Of a DNA stretch of 64,000 nucleotides, positions 7,962 through 16,307 are shown one piece after another. The stretch covers positions 1-64,000 of IMG/VR virus record IMGVR_UViG_3300023181_000025; one strand, given 5' to 3'. Position 1 is the first letter of the stretch. Every line of letters begins with the position of its first letter. The position numbers were made by a program, and so were the translations under genes. Under the pieces are notes generated by a model. It saw nothing but the letters and a program-made list of their open reading frames with translations, made no database searches and had not been told where the DNA came from.

Positions 7962-8639
7962 ATGAAAAAAATAATTTTAGCCGCATTTTTCTGCGTATGC
8001 ACTTTTTCTTGCTCCCAAAAGGTTTCCCCTATTATTGGAATTCCTCCGGCCCCAGCTCAATCTCAGAGTGCCAGACCTAACGTGGAGAAAACCCAAGAGA
8101 GAATTGACAAGAGCCTTAATAATAATACCTCTATACAAAAAAATCTAAAGGAGCAAAATGACGCTCTCTTACAACAAAAAATTAATATTTCTGCGGCCCT
8201 TGCTCAAGCTGAAAAAATGAAGGAAAGGGCGCTTGCAAAACAAGCCATAACTGAATTAGAGGCCGAAAAGCACATTACGGAAATTAAAGCTATGGAAAGT
8301 CGCAATCTTTTTCTTGAGGGTATAAATAAAACAATGGCTGATACAGTTGTAGAACAAGCGTCTGAGTTACAGTCCGCCAAACAGGAGAACTCAAAAGCTC
8401 GGGAGCTTTTAATTTTAAGCGATAATGAAAAACTCGCACTTCGAGAACAAAATCTATTTTTATCTAAGTCTTTAGAGTTAAAGAATAAAGAAGTCGTGGA
8501 CCTTTCAGAAGAAAACAATAAAATTAACCAAAAATTAGCCAATGCAAAGGTATATAAAGGGTGGATTATTGGCGGAGCTTCATTGCTTTTAGTTGGAGGC
8601 GTGGTATTTGTCCTTTTAAAGATTTATAGACCTTTTTAA
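7962..8639 (+). CDS. Putative unimolecular spanin-like lipoprotein
   Basis: Signal peptide MKKIILAAFFCVCTFS-C (lipobox-like), long coiled coil, C-terminal TM helix WIIGGASLLLVGGVVFVLL. Confidence 0.55.
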   Translation: MKKIILAAFFCVCTFSCSQKVSPIIGIPPAPAQSQSARPNVEKTQERIDKSLNNNTSIQKNLKEQNDALLQQKINISAALAQAEKMKERALAKQAITELEAEKHITEIKAMESRNLFLEGINKTMADTVVEQASELQSAKQENSKARELLILSDNEKLALREQNLFLSKSLELKNKEVVDLSEENNKINQKLANAKVYKGWIIGGASLLLVGGVVFVLLKIYRPF

Positions 8640-8688
8640 TTATTATTTTGCATAAAAATACAAATTAAAGGTATTATTAAATAAGTAA

Positions 8689-9396
8689 ATGTTATTTGAC
8701 TTCCTTAAAGAACAGTCTGCAAATTTTAATTGGCTTCCCGAAGCTCTGGGCGTTCTCGCCGCAGTTTCTTTGGTGTTTAAGACGGTTAGAAAGTGGATTT
8801 TTGCAGCCTTTCGAGCCATATGCTCCTTTTTTACTTCCCCCTCAAAGACATATAAACTGGTCAATGATTTAACAACTAAATTGGCCAATGTTGAAGCAGT
8901 TTCAAATAATTCAGCAGGCAAAATACAAAATCTAGAAGATTTAATTGGTTATAATGGTGGGTCCGGCCTAATGGATAAGGTTGGTTATTTGCTAGGATAT
9001 CAGGCAAATGACTTTTGGTTTCGCGACCAACCCGGATTTATTTGTTCAGAACTAGGGGAAAACTTAGATACAACTCATTGCTATTGTAAGCTTTTAGGGG
9101 TTACTAATAGAACCGATTTAAATAATCGTAATTGGCAGGGCTTTGTAGATAAAGATCAGAACAAAGGCTATTACGAAGAATTTTTGGAAGTCGCCAAAAG
9201 ACGGGAAACATTTCGGCGCACTATTGGGTTTAAAGACTCAAATGGTAATGATACTGGAGTTTGGTTGGTTGTCGCTAATCCGATATCCTCAGATAAGGCA
9301 AAAGTGGCAAGATATATTGGATTATTGTATCCCTTTGACCCCACTTCAAAGCAAATAGCGGAAAAATATAAATGGCCGCTTATGCCTCCCTTATAA
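8689..9396 (+). CDS. Membrane protein with C-terminal PAS-like domain (holin candidate)
   Basis: N-terminal hydrophobic helix, coiled coil with NGGSGLMDKV, then PAS/PAC pattern (YCKLLG...W..FV...F.DSNG...WLVVANPI...YIG). Confidence 0.55.
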   Translation: MLFDFLKEQSANFNWLPEALGVLAAVSLVFKTVRKWIFAAFRAICSFFTSPSKTYKLVNDLTTKLANVEAVSNNSAGKIQNLEDLIGYNGGSGLMDKVGYLLGYQANDFWFRDQPGFICSELGENLDTTHCYCKLLGVTNRTDLNNRNWQGFVDKDQNKGYYEEFLEVAKRRETFRRTIGFKDSNGNDTGVWLVVANPISSDKAKVARYIGLLYPFDPTSKQIAEKYKWPLMPPL

Positions 9397-9404
9397 AAAT
9401 TCAT

Positions 9405-10142
9405 ATGAATAAAAAACAAGCTCGAAAACAGTCTAGTAATAAGGAAGATAAAAGTCCCTACGCTTTTCAGGGTAAAAAGCAAGATTTTAATATACCAATT
9501 ACAGAAAAAATACCTTGGACTGAAAAACAGTTGAGGTTTAATGAATTAGCTCAAAGTAAAGAATGCAAAATATTATTTGTGTCTGGTGTAGCGGGAACTG
9601 GAAAGTCGCTTTTAAGTGTCTATGCTGCCCTTAATGCAATTAATGCAAAGAAGGTCTCAGACTTGGTCTATCTTAGGTCCGCTGTAGAAAGCTCATCAAG
9701 TAAGCTTGGTTTTCTTCCCGGAACGGCGGAAGATAAGCTTTCTCCTTATCTTGAGCCCCTTATGGATAAACTTTCTGAGTTAATTGGCGAAGGGAATACA
9801 CAAGAAATCATAAAAAGACAATTAGTTTCCGCCCGGCCCATTAACTACTTAAGAGGTTGCCAATTTTCTGGTAAGTATGTTATTCTCGATGAAGCGCAAA
9901 ACCTCACTTTTACTGAAATGCAAACTTTTCTTACGAGGGTTGGCGAATTTAGTAAAGTTATTATTGCTGGTGACCCTATGCAAAGCGATATTGGAAACAG
10001 AAGCTGCTTTACAAAGGTTTTTGACTCGTTTGATAATGAAACTGCGCAAGAAAACGGAATCTATACCTTTAAATTTGGTAAAGAAGACATTGTTCGTTCT
10101 AAAATATTAAAATTTATTGTAGAAGTATTAGAAAATATTTAA
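9405..10142 (+). CDS. phoH: PhoH-family ATPase
   Basis: GVAGTGKS, LGFLPG, YLRG, ILDEAQN, GDPMQSD, DIVRS; probable start ATG 9405. Confidence 0.95.
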   Translation: MNKKQARKQSSNKEDKSPYAFQGKKQDFNIPITEKIPWTEKQLRFNELAQSKECKILFVSGVAGTGKSLLSVYAALNAINAKKVSDLVYLRSAVESSSSKLGFLPGTAEDKLSPYLEPLMDKLSELIGEGNTQEIIKRQLVSARPINYLRGCQFSGKYVILDEAQNLTFTEMQTFLTRVGEFSKVIIAGDPMQSDIGNRSCFTKVFDSFDNETAQENGIYTFKFGKEDIVRSKILKFIVEVLENI

Positions 10143-10151
10143 TAAAAATCA

Positions 10152-10177
10152 TTCTCATTAGTATTATTATAGTGTAT
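10152..10177 (+). promoter_or_regulatory. Putative late promoter
   Basis: TTCTCA-N15-TGTAT, ATG at 10188. Confidence 0.6.
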
Positions 10178-10187
10178 AGAAAACATT

Positions 10188-10595
10188 ATGAAAGTATTAG
10201 AGAAGATAAGATTTCAAAAGGAATATGTCGAAAAGCGTATCAAGCCCAAGTGTTTTTTTAATCCAGATGGGTCTGTTGCGGTTTTCGCAATTACTCAAGA
10301 AGATCAGTTGGTTCAAAAGTGGGTTTATGAAAAGGGCGCTGCCTTGAAAAACGAAGGTTTTTCTTTAAATAGCGAGACATACGATCAAATTCTGAAATTT
10401 ATAATGGAAGGCGGCTCCTTTAACGAGGCTCCGCCTGAAATTATTTTAGAACCTGAGGAACAAAAGCCTATCGTTCAAGAAGGCGTTAAAACGCCTTCTC
10501 AAGGCAATCGCTCCGAGATTATTGAGTTGTTAAAATCTAAAAAACTTAAAGTGGCAGAACTTCAAGAGATTTTGATTAAAATTTTAGAATTATGA
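10188..10595 (+). CDS. Hypothetical protein
   Basis: 135-aa ORF coupled to the next gene. Confidence 0.65.
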   Translation: MKVLEKIRFQKEYVEKRIKPKCFFNPDGSVAVFAITQEDQLVQKWVYEKGAALKNEGFSLNSETYDQILKFIMEGGSFNEAPPEIILEPEEQKPIVQEGVKTPSQGNRSEIIELLKSKKLKVAELQEILIKILEL

Positions 10596-10855
10596 ACCTT
10601 TATTGTCAAGAATGCGGTTCCAAAAACGTTTATTGTGGAGCGGAAAATAAGCCTATTGAATGTGAAGGTTGCGGAAACTTTTTTGTTACGGTAAAAGTCT
10701 CTATTGGGAAAAAAAATAAAAAAGAGGTCGTGGCAAACACTGAATTGGATATTTTTAGCGTTAGTGATCTTGTTGATCTTGTTGAAATTTCAAATATCGA
10801 AGAACCTAACCAACCTCGTTCCAGAAAACGTGCGCCAAGACAAAAAAAGAAATAA
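10592..10855 (+). CDS. Zn-ribbon protein
   Basis: CQECG...CEGCG, basic C-terminal tail. Confidence 0.7.
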   Translation: MNLYCQECGSKNVYCGAENKPIECEGCGNFFVTVKVSIGKKNKKEVVANTELDIFSVSDLVDLVEISNIEEPNQPRSRKRAPRQKKK

Positions 10856-10856
10856 T

Positions 10857-11543
10857 ATGTTTTCATTCGAAGAGAAAATTGAAGAAATTAACTTAGAAAT
10901 CTCCAAGAGGAAAAATAAGTGGAGACTTAATGCTTTGTCTTATATAGATTTTGAGGACGTTTCTCAGATCTTAAGAATTCATATATTCAATCAGTGGTCT
11001 AAATGGGATCAGGCTCGACCTCTGGCTCAGTGGCTTAATAAATTGATATCTAATCAAATAATTAATCTAATTAGAAATAATTATAGCAAGGTTGCTCCTC
11101 CTTGTAATAGTTGCGCTTATAATATGGGCGGAAATTCCTGTTCTTATACCCCTAGCGGCGAGAGGTGTAACGATTGTCCGTTGTATAAGGCTTGGTCTAA
11201 GAAAAAGAAATCCGCTTACAACCTAAAGCTGGCTGTCTCTTCTGACGCCGAAGATTATATTGAACCAAAGTCTTCTTCTTCCCAATTTGGCGATCAAATT
11301 GATTATGACGCATGTATGGAAAAAATTCATCTTTATATGAAACCAAAACTTACTTCCGCTCAATGGCGAATTTATGAGATGCTCATTATTAAGGGCATGG
11401 CGGACGAAGAAGTCGCCACGATTCTAAAGCTTAAAACAGTTGAAGAAAAAAGGGGGGCAGGCTATAGGCATTTTGCCAAGATGAGGGAGATTTTTTCTGT
11501 TTTTGCGAAGCAAATCATGGAAGAACAAGATATTTTGTATTAA
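10857..11543 (+). CDS. Phage-encoded ECF-like RNA polymerase sigma factor with Cys-rich insert
   Basis: Region-2-like DFEDVSQILRIHIF...LAQWLNKLISNQIINLIR; region-4-like LTSAQWRIYEMLIIKGMADEEVATIL; CxxC-x8-C-x8-CxxC between them; probable start ATG 10857. Confidence 0.7.
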   Translation: MFSFEEKIEEINLEISKRKNKWRLNALSYIDFEDVSQILRIHIFNQWSKWDQARPLAQWLNKLISNQIINLIRNNYSKVAPPCNSCAYNMGGNSCSYTPSGERCNDCPLYKAWSKKKKSAYNLKLAVSSDAEDYIEPKSSSSQFGDQIDYDACMEKIHLYMKPKLTSAQWRIYEMLIIKGMADEEVATILKLKTVEEKRGAGYRHFAKMREIFSVFAKQIMEEQDILY

Positions 11544-11552
11544 TTGTAAAAT

Positions 11553-12638
11553 ATGAAGAGGGACGAAAAGGATGAAGTTTATTTTTATGGGACAATTGAT
11601 CAGTCGAAATATGACCTGACTTTTGTTCAGCAAGATTTTATTAAGAAGAACATAGATAAGTTAGGCTTGGTAGATTTAATGCGAGCCACTTTTAAAGAGG
11701 ACTCCCTTACAGAGAGAAGTATAGAATACGACCAAATTCGTAAATACGTTGCAAAAATTAAGCGCGGCGTCCCTTCTCCGAAAATATCTCCCGAGCAAAT
11801 ATTGTTTATTGAGAATAATGCTCATGCAATGAAGCCTTTTGAGTTGGCTAAAACTCTTTTCCCCGACAAAGAAGTTAAGCCATTGTCGGCAGAAACTCAA
11901 ATTATAAGCGATTATTTAAAAGCCGTAGGTATTTCCACAAATGGAGATTCACAAGGGGACGAATATCGTGCTCCAAAAGCCGCCGCATCCTTATGTAAAA
12001 AGATAAATTCAGCGGATCAATTAGCTAATTTTGATGCCAACGATTTGTCTCCGATTCAAAGAAAGTGTGTTGATTCTCTTCGTCATTATATGTCATCGGC
12101 TAGATTTTCTAGATTTATTACTACTTATGACAAAGAATTAAGAGAACTTTTTGAAGAAGAGTTTATTAAGGCAACCTATAGCAAACACGATTTAAATACT
12201 GAAGAACTTAATGCCTATATTAATTTGTGCGCGGAATATGTTCATATGCACCAAATTGTAGAGAGCAAATATATTCTTGACGCTAAAATAAATACTTGTT
12301 TGGGGGACACGGAAGACTCTTCAAAGCTATATATGACATATGTTGACTTGGCCCAGAGCAAAGAAAACCAACTAAACAATTGCAAAACCCGCGTTCAAAA
12401 GCTTCAAGAATCTTTGAGTTCCACTAGGGCCAAGCGTTTAAAAGACCAATCGGAAGTAAATGACTCGCTTACTAAGTTTGTGGAAGAATGGAAGTCAAAA
12501 GAGGGACGGGATCGCGCTCTTGCAATGGCCGAAAGACAAAAGTTATTAGTTATTGAAGAAGTTAAGCGAATTGAGGACGCGGACGAATATATCGCGAATG
12601 TAATGGGAATTAGCATGGATGAACTTACCAGAAATTAA
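11553..12638 (+). CDS. Hypothetical helical protein (possible small terminase or regulator)
   Basis: 361-aa ORF upstream of the terminase, coiled-coil C-terminus; function by position only. Confidence 0.45.
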   Translation: MKRDEKDEVYFYGTIDQSKYDLTFVQQDFIKKNIDKLGLVDLMRATFKEDSLTERSIEYDQIRKYVAKIKRGVPSPKISPEQILFIENNAHAMKPFELAKTLFPDKEVKPLSAETQIISDYLKAVGISTNGDSQGDEYRAPKAAASLCKKINSADQLANFDANDLSPIQRKCVDSLRHYMSSARFSRFITTYDKELRELFEEEFIKATYSKHDLNTEELNAYINLCAEYVHMHQIVESKYILDAKINTCLGDTEDSSKLYMTYVDLAQSKENQLNNCKTRVQKLQESLSSTRAKRLKDQSEVNDSLTKFVEEWKSKEGRDRALAMAERQKLLVIEEVKRIEDADEYIANVMGISMDELTRN

Positions 12639-13557
12639 ATGTCAGTTATGCGGAAAGGAATTTTCGTCTTATGCGGGATTACATGGTCATTTGAGCAAGG
12701 CTGAGAAGCTTTCTCAAGAGGACTATTACATAAAGTTTTTTCCGCGTTTCGATTTAAGGAGTGGGAAGCCCATCCCTTTTAAAAACTTCGACGACTATGT
12801 AAACCGTAAGTTCGTTGATAAGAGAAGCGAATTTAGTTATATTAAGGAAAATGGTTTCGTCGGGGAATCACGCGAAATCCTTTTAAAGCAATTAAAAGTA
12901 ATTAAAACTAAAACAAATTACTTCCCCGGCTATGTAGAATGGCGCTCATCTAAGAACATTAGATATGATTGGATGTATAAAGGGGGATTCTTCTATGAGT
13001 TTGAAAACGCCGCTCTTACAGACCCTTCAATTGCATTACTTCATAAAGAATCTTTTAATATAGAAGGGGCGCGAAAATTAATTGTAGGTGACTTAGATTG
13101 TGATATTCTTGTAGACACAAGGGAGCAAAAGCCTTTGTTCGACGGAAAAAAAACTTCAATTAACGTTGGGGACTATACATTTTCCGCAAAAGGTTATAAT
13201 TCTATTCATGTGGATCGCAAATCGCAGGCAGATTTTATATCCACTTTCACCAGTGGTCTAGAAAGATTTAAAAAAGAGTGCAAAAAGGCCCAAAAGCTGG
13301 GAATAACTTTGGTAGTTTTGATAGAATCTTCTTTTTCTGATTGTTTTAATTATAAACCATTAAGGTTTACCGGCCAAAGAGTGACGGGAGACAGTGCATT
13401 TAATGGGGTGCGGCGCATTATTAGAGAATATGGTGTTGACTTTCTTTTTGTTAATGATAGAATTGAGGCTAAACAGTATGTCAAGAAAATACTTTCTAAT
13501 AAAGATTTAGTTTTAAACTATGATTTACAGTTTTTATATGAGTTGGGAGAATTTTAA
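12619..13557 (+). CDS. C2H2 Zn-finger plus ERCC4/XPF-family nuclease
   Basis: CQLC...HGH; ILVDTREQKP, GDY, VDRKS, VLIE. Confidence 0.8.
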   Translation: MNLPEIKCQLCGKEFSSYAGLHGHLSKAEKLSQEDYYIKFFPRFDLRSGKPIPFKNFDDYVNRKFVDKRSEFSYIKENGFVGESREILLKQLKVIKTKTNYFPGYVEWRSSKNIRYDWMYKGGFFYEFENAALTDPSIALLHKESFNIEGARKLIVGDLDCDILVDTREQKPLFDGKKTSINVGDYTFSAKGYNSIHVDRKSQADFISTFTSGLERFKKECKKAQKLGITLVVLIESSFSDCFNYKPLRFTGQRVTGDSAFNGVRRIIREYGVDFLFVNDRIEAKQYVKKILSNKDLVLNYDLQFLYELGEF

Positions 13558-13559
13558 TT

Positions 13560-16298
13560 ATGTGGACACCGGGATATCATTGTAGGACAGATAAGTTTAT
13601 CGACACAAATACTAAGTTGTCGGAGATTGAGGGGGACATAACTACAAAAGAGGCTCAGGTTGCTTTTGCGAAATTTTGTTGCGCGAACCCTCATTGGGCC
13701 GCAAAGATTTTAATGGGAATTGACTTATATCCTATTCAGGATGTCATGATTAGGGCGATGATGCAAAAGGATTTCTTTTTAGGTGTTTGTGGGCGGGGAT
13801 TCGGCAAATCTACAATTGCAGGGGTATTCTTGCCCTTATATGCTATATTTAATCCCGGAGTTAAGATAGGAATAACATCACAGACATTCCGTCAGTCGAG
13901 AAATATCTTCGAAAAAATCGAAGAAGCCATTGCCTCCCCCAAAGGAAAATTCCTAAAACAATGCCTGAATGGCCCCCCAAAGCACAACAATGATGCTTGG
14001 AGCATGAAATTTGGCACATCTGAAATTGTCGCCCTACCGTTAGGCTGTGTAACTGGAAATACCCTTATTCGAACTTCAAATGGTCTCAAACGCATCTCCG
14101 CGCTCGAACCAGAAATGCATACATATGAATACGGTGTAACTTATAAACCTTGGAAAAGGGGCTTATGTTGGGCCAATATAGATGAGCAGGTTGATACACT
14201 TGACGGTGTCTCACGATGCACAAATGTGCTATATAAAAGAGAAGAGGAGTGCCTTGAGCTTGTCTTGCGCGGGGGATTTGGCCTTCAGGGATCTAAAAAA
14301 CACAAGGTGTTGGTTTATTCTAAGGATGGAGAGCATCTATGGAAAGAATTATCACGAATTACACTAAAGGATTACGTCGCAATTGATGTCCGCGAAAGAT
14401 TCTCAAAACAACCAGAATTTAATTTAACTTCCGAAATTGGATATAAATACGGGTGCCAACAAGTATTTTCTAAAGCTACTGATGAAAGAATTTTAAACTG
14501 TTCTGAAAATTTCGGGCGTGGGTTCTTTGCGGGCATTTTCGAATCTGCCGGAGAATATTCGAGCAATGGATATGGTAATAAACCCTGTATTTCCGTAGCC
14601 ATGAAGAGTGAAGATATAGCTAAGGACGTTCAAATTGCGTGCCTGTCTTATGGTTTTGTAATTAAAAGAATGAAAAATAAACTATTTATTACTAAATTTA
14701 AACTTAGAAGTTTTCTTGAAAAGTTTCCCACTGTAAAGAAGAATTTAAAAAGTATACTCCCGGATATTCCCACGCCTTCTTATGGAGCCATTAGCTCTTC
14801 GGAAGCAGAAAAATATGACAAGGGGTTTATGTTTTGCAAAATCATTAGCAAAAAGAAGCTGGGGAAAGTTCCAGTATATGATTTGCGCGTCCCTGCTTAT
14901 AATAACTATATCTCGAATGGCTTCGTCTCCCATAATTCCGGGGATAAAATTCGGGGCTATCGTTTTAATTTGCTTGTTATTGACGAACTTTTGCTTCTTT
15001 CCGAGAAGGTTATTAATGAAGTTTTAATGCCTTTCATGGCTATTCAGGCTAACCCCCGCGAAAGGCAAAAAATAAGGGATGAAGAAACGGCTATGATTAA
15101 TGCGGGGGTCATGACTGAAGACGAACGCACAGTATTTTCTAGCAATAAACTTATAGGTCTTACTTCCGCGAGCTATCAATTTGAATATCTATACAAGATG
15201 TTCCAAGATTACAAAGACCAAATTTGTGACAAAGAAGCCAAGAATGTTTCACATGCCGTAATGCAACTGTCTTGCGAAATAGCTCCAATTGGTCTTTATG
15301 ACGAAAAGAATATTGAAATGGCTAAAAAAACCTTTAGTCAGTCGCAATACGACCGAGAGTATATGGCGCATTTTACCGGAGATAGCTCTGGATTCTTTTC
15401 CGCCAAGTCTTTACACGCTGTATCCTTAGAAAAGGGAGAGTTTCCAACTGTTTTGGTTAAAGGGGATAGAGTAAAAGACTATATATTGGCTATTGACCCT
15501 AACTATGACTCATCAGAAACCTCTGACGATTTCGCTATGTGCCTAGTAGAATTGGATCATGACGCTAGAACCGCAGTGATGGTTCACGGCTATGCGCTTG
15601 CAAGCTGCACCCTTCAAGAACGCATGGGATATGTAAAATATCTATTTGATAATTTTAATATTATATATATGATTGTAGATAGAGCGGCGGGAGCTAAATT
15701 TATTAAGGATATTAATGATTTAGAAGTTCTTGATTTCAAACTTGGCATCTTTGAGGCCGATTTTGATACCTTCAGTGAGGAAGAGTTGTTTGAAGCTCGA
15801 AAAAGCTATTCTAATGACACAAAAGTGAAAAATATAGTTCACGCGCAAAACTTCTCAGCCCAATGGATTAGATACGCTAACGAAACTCTGCAAGGGGCTA
15901 TAGAAAATAGAACAATCATGTTTGGTTCGCCTGTGGACGCCGAAGAAATATCTGTTGATTCATTGGCCCCGATAATTAAAGAGCTTAAATTTGACGATAC
16001 CGAATATAAGAATGATAGGGACAGTCTGAAAATGAAATTGGGCGATTTCGTAGATAGGCAAGCTATAATTATTGGAAAAACAAAACGCCAATGCGCTTTA
16101 ATTGAGGCGAGTAGTGGGGGCGGGGCAATGAAATTTGACTTGCCCCAATCCCTTAAAAAGCAAACTGGTCCCGATAAGGCCCGTAAAGATAGCTATTCTG
16201 CCTTATTGTTGGCCAACTGGGGTAAAGAATGCTATTTTAATATGATGAGCGCGCCTGTTAAGAAAAAAAATAGGATTTTACCTAGATTTTTGGTGTAA
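13560..16298 (+). CDS. terL: Terminase large subunit, intein-containing
   Basis: Walker A GRGFGKS, IRGYR..LVIDE Walker B, C-terminal RNase H-like nuclease (AIDP, SDD, KDSYSA). Confidence 0.9.
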   Translation: MWTPGYHCRTDKFIDTNTKLSEIEGDITTKEAQVAFAKFCCANPHWAAKILMGIDLYPIQDVMIRAMMQKDFFLGVCGRGFGKSTIAGVFLPLYAIFNPGVKIGITSQTFRQSRNIFEKIEEAIASPKGKFLKQCLNGPPKHNNDAWSMKFGTSEIVALPLGCVTGNTLIRTSNGLKRISALEPEMHTYEYGVTYKPWKRGLCWANIDEQVDTLDGVSRCTNVLYKREEECLELVLRGGFGLQGSKKHKVLVYSKDGEHLWKELSRITLKDYVAIDVRERFSKQPEFNLTSEIGYKYGCQQVFSKATDERILNCSENFGRGFFAGIFESAGEYSSNGYGNKPCISVAMKSEDIAKDVQIACLSYGFVIKRMKNKLFITKFKLRSFLEKFPTVKKNLKSILPDIPTPSYGAISSSEAEKYDKGFMFCKIISKKKLGKVPVYDLRVPAYNNYISNGFVSHNSGDKIRGYRFNLLVIDELLLLSEKVINEVLMPFMAIQANPRERQKIRDEETAMINAGVMTEDERTVFSSNKLIGLTSASYQFEYLYKMFQDYKDQICDKEAKNVSHAVMQLSCEIAPIGLYDEKNIEMAKKTFSQSQYDREYMAHFTGDSSGFFSAKSLHAVSLEKGEFPTVLVKGDRVKDYILAIDPNYDSSETSDDFAMCLVELDHDARTAVMVHGYALASCTLQERMGYVKYLFDNFNIIYMIVDRAAGAKFIKDINDLEVLDFKLGIFEADFDTFSEEELFEARKSYSNDTKVKNIVHAQNFSAQWIRYANETLQGAIENRTIMFGSPVDAEEISVDSLAPIIKELKFDDTEYKNDRDSLKMKLGDFVDRQAIIIGKTKRQCALIEASSGGGAMKFDLPQSLKKQTGPDKARKDSYSALLLANWGKECYFNMMSAPVKKKNRILPRFLV
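14046..14936 (+). mobile_element. Intein (297 aa) in TerL with degenerate LAGLIDADG-like region
   Basis: PLG|CVTGNTLI...GSKKHKV...VYDLRV..NNYISNGFVSHN|S; internal FFAGIFESAG. Confidence 0.9.
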
Positions 16299-16307
16299 AC
16301 AAGCCTT

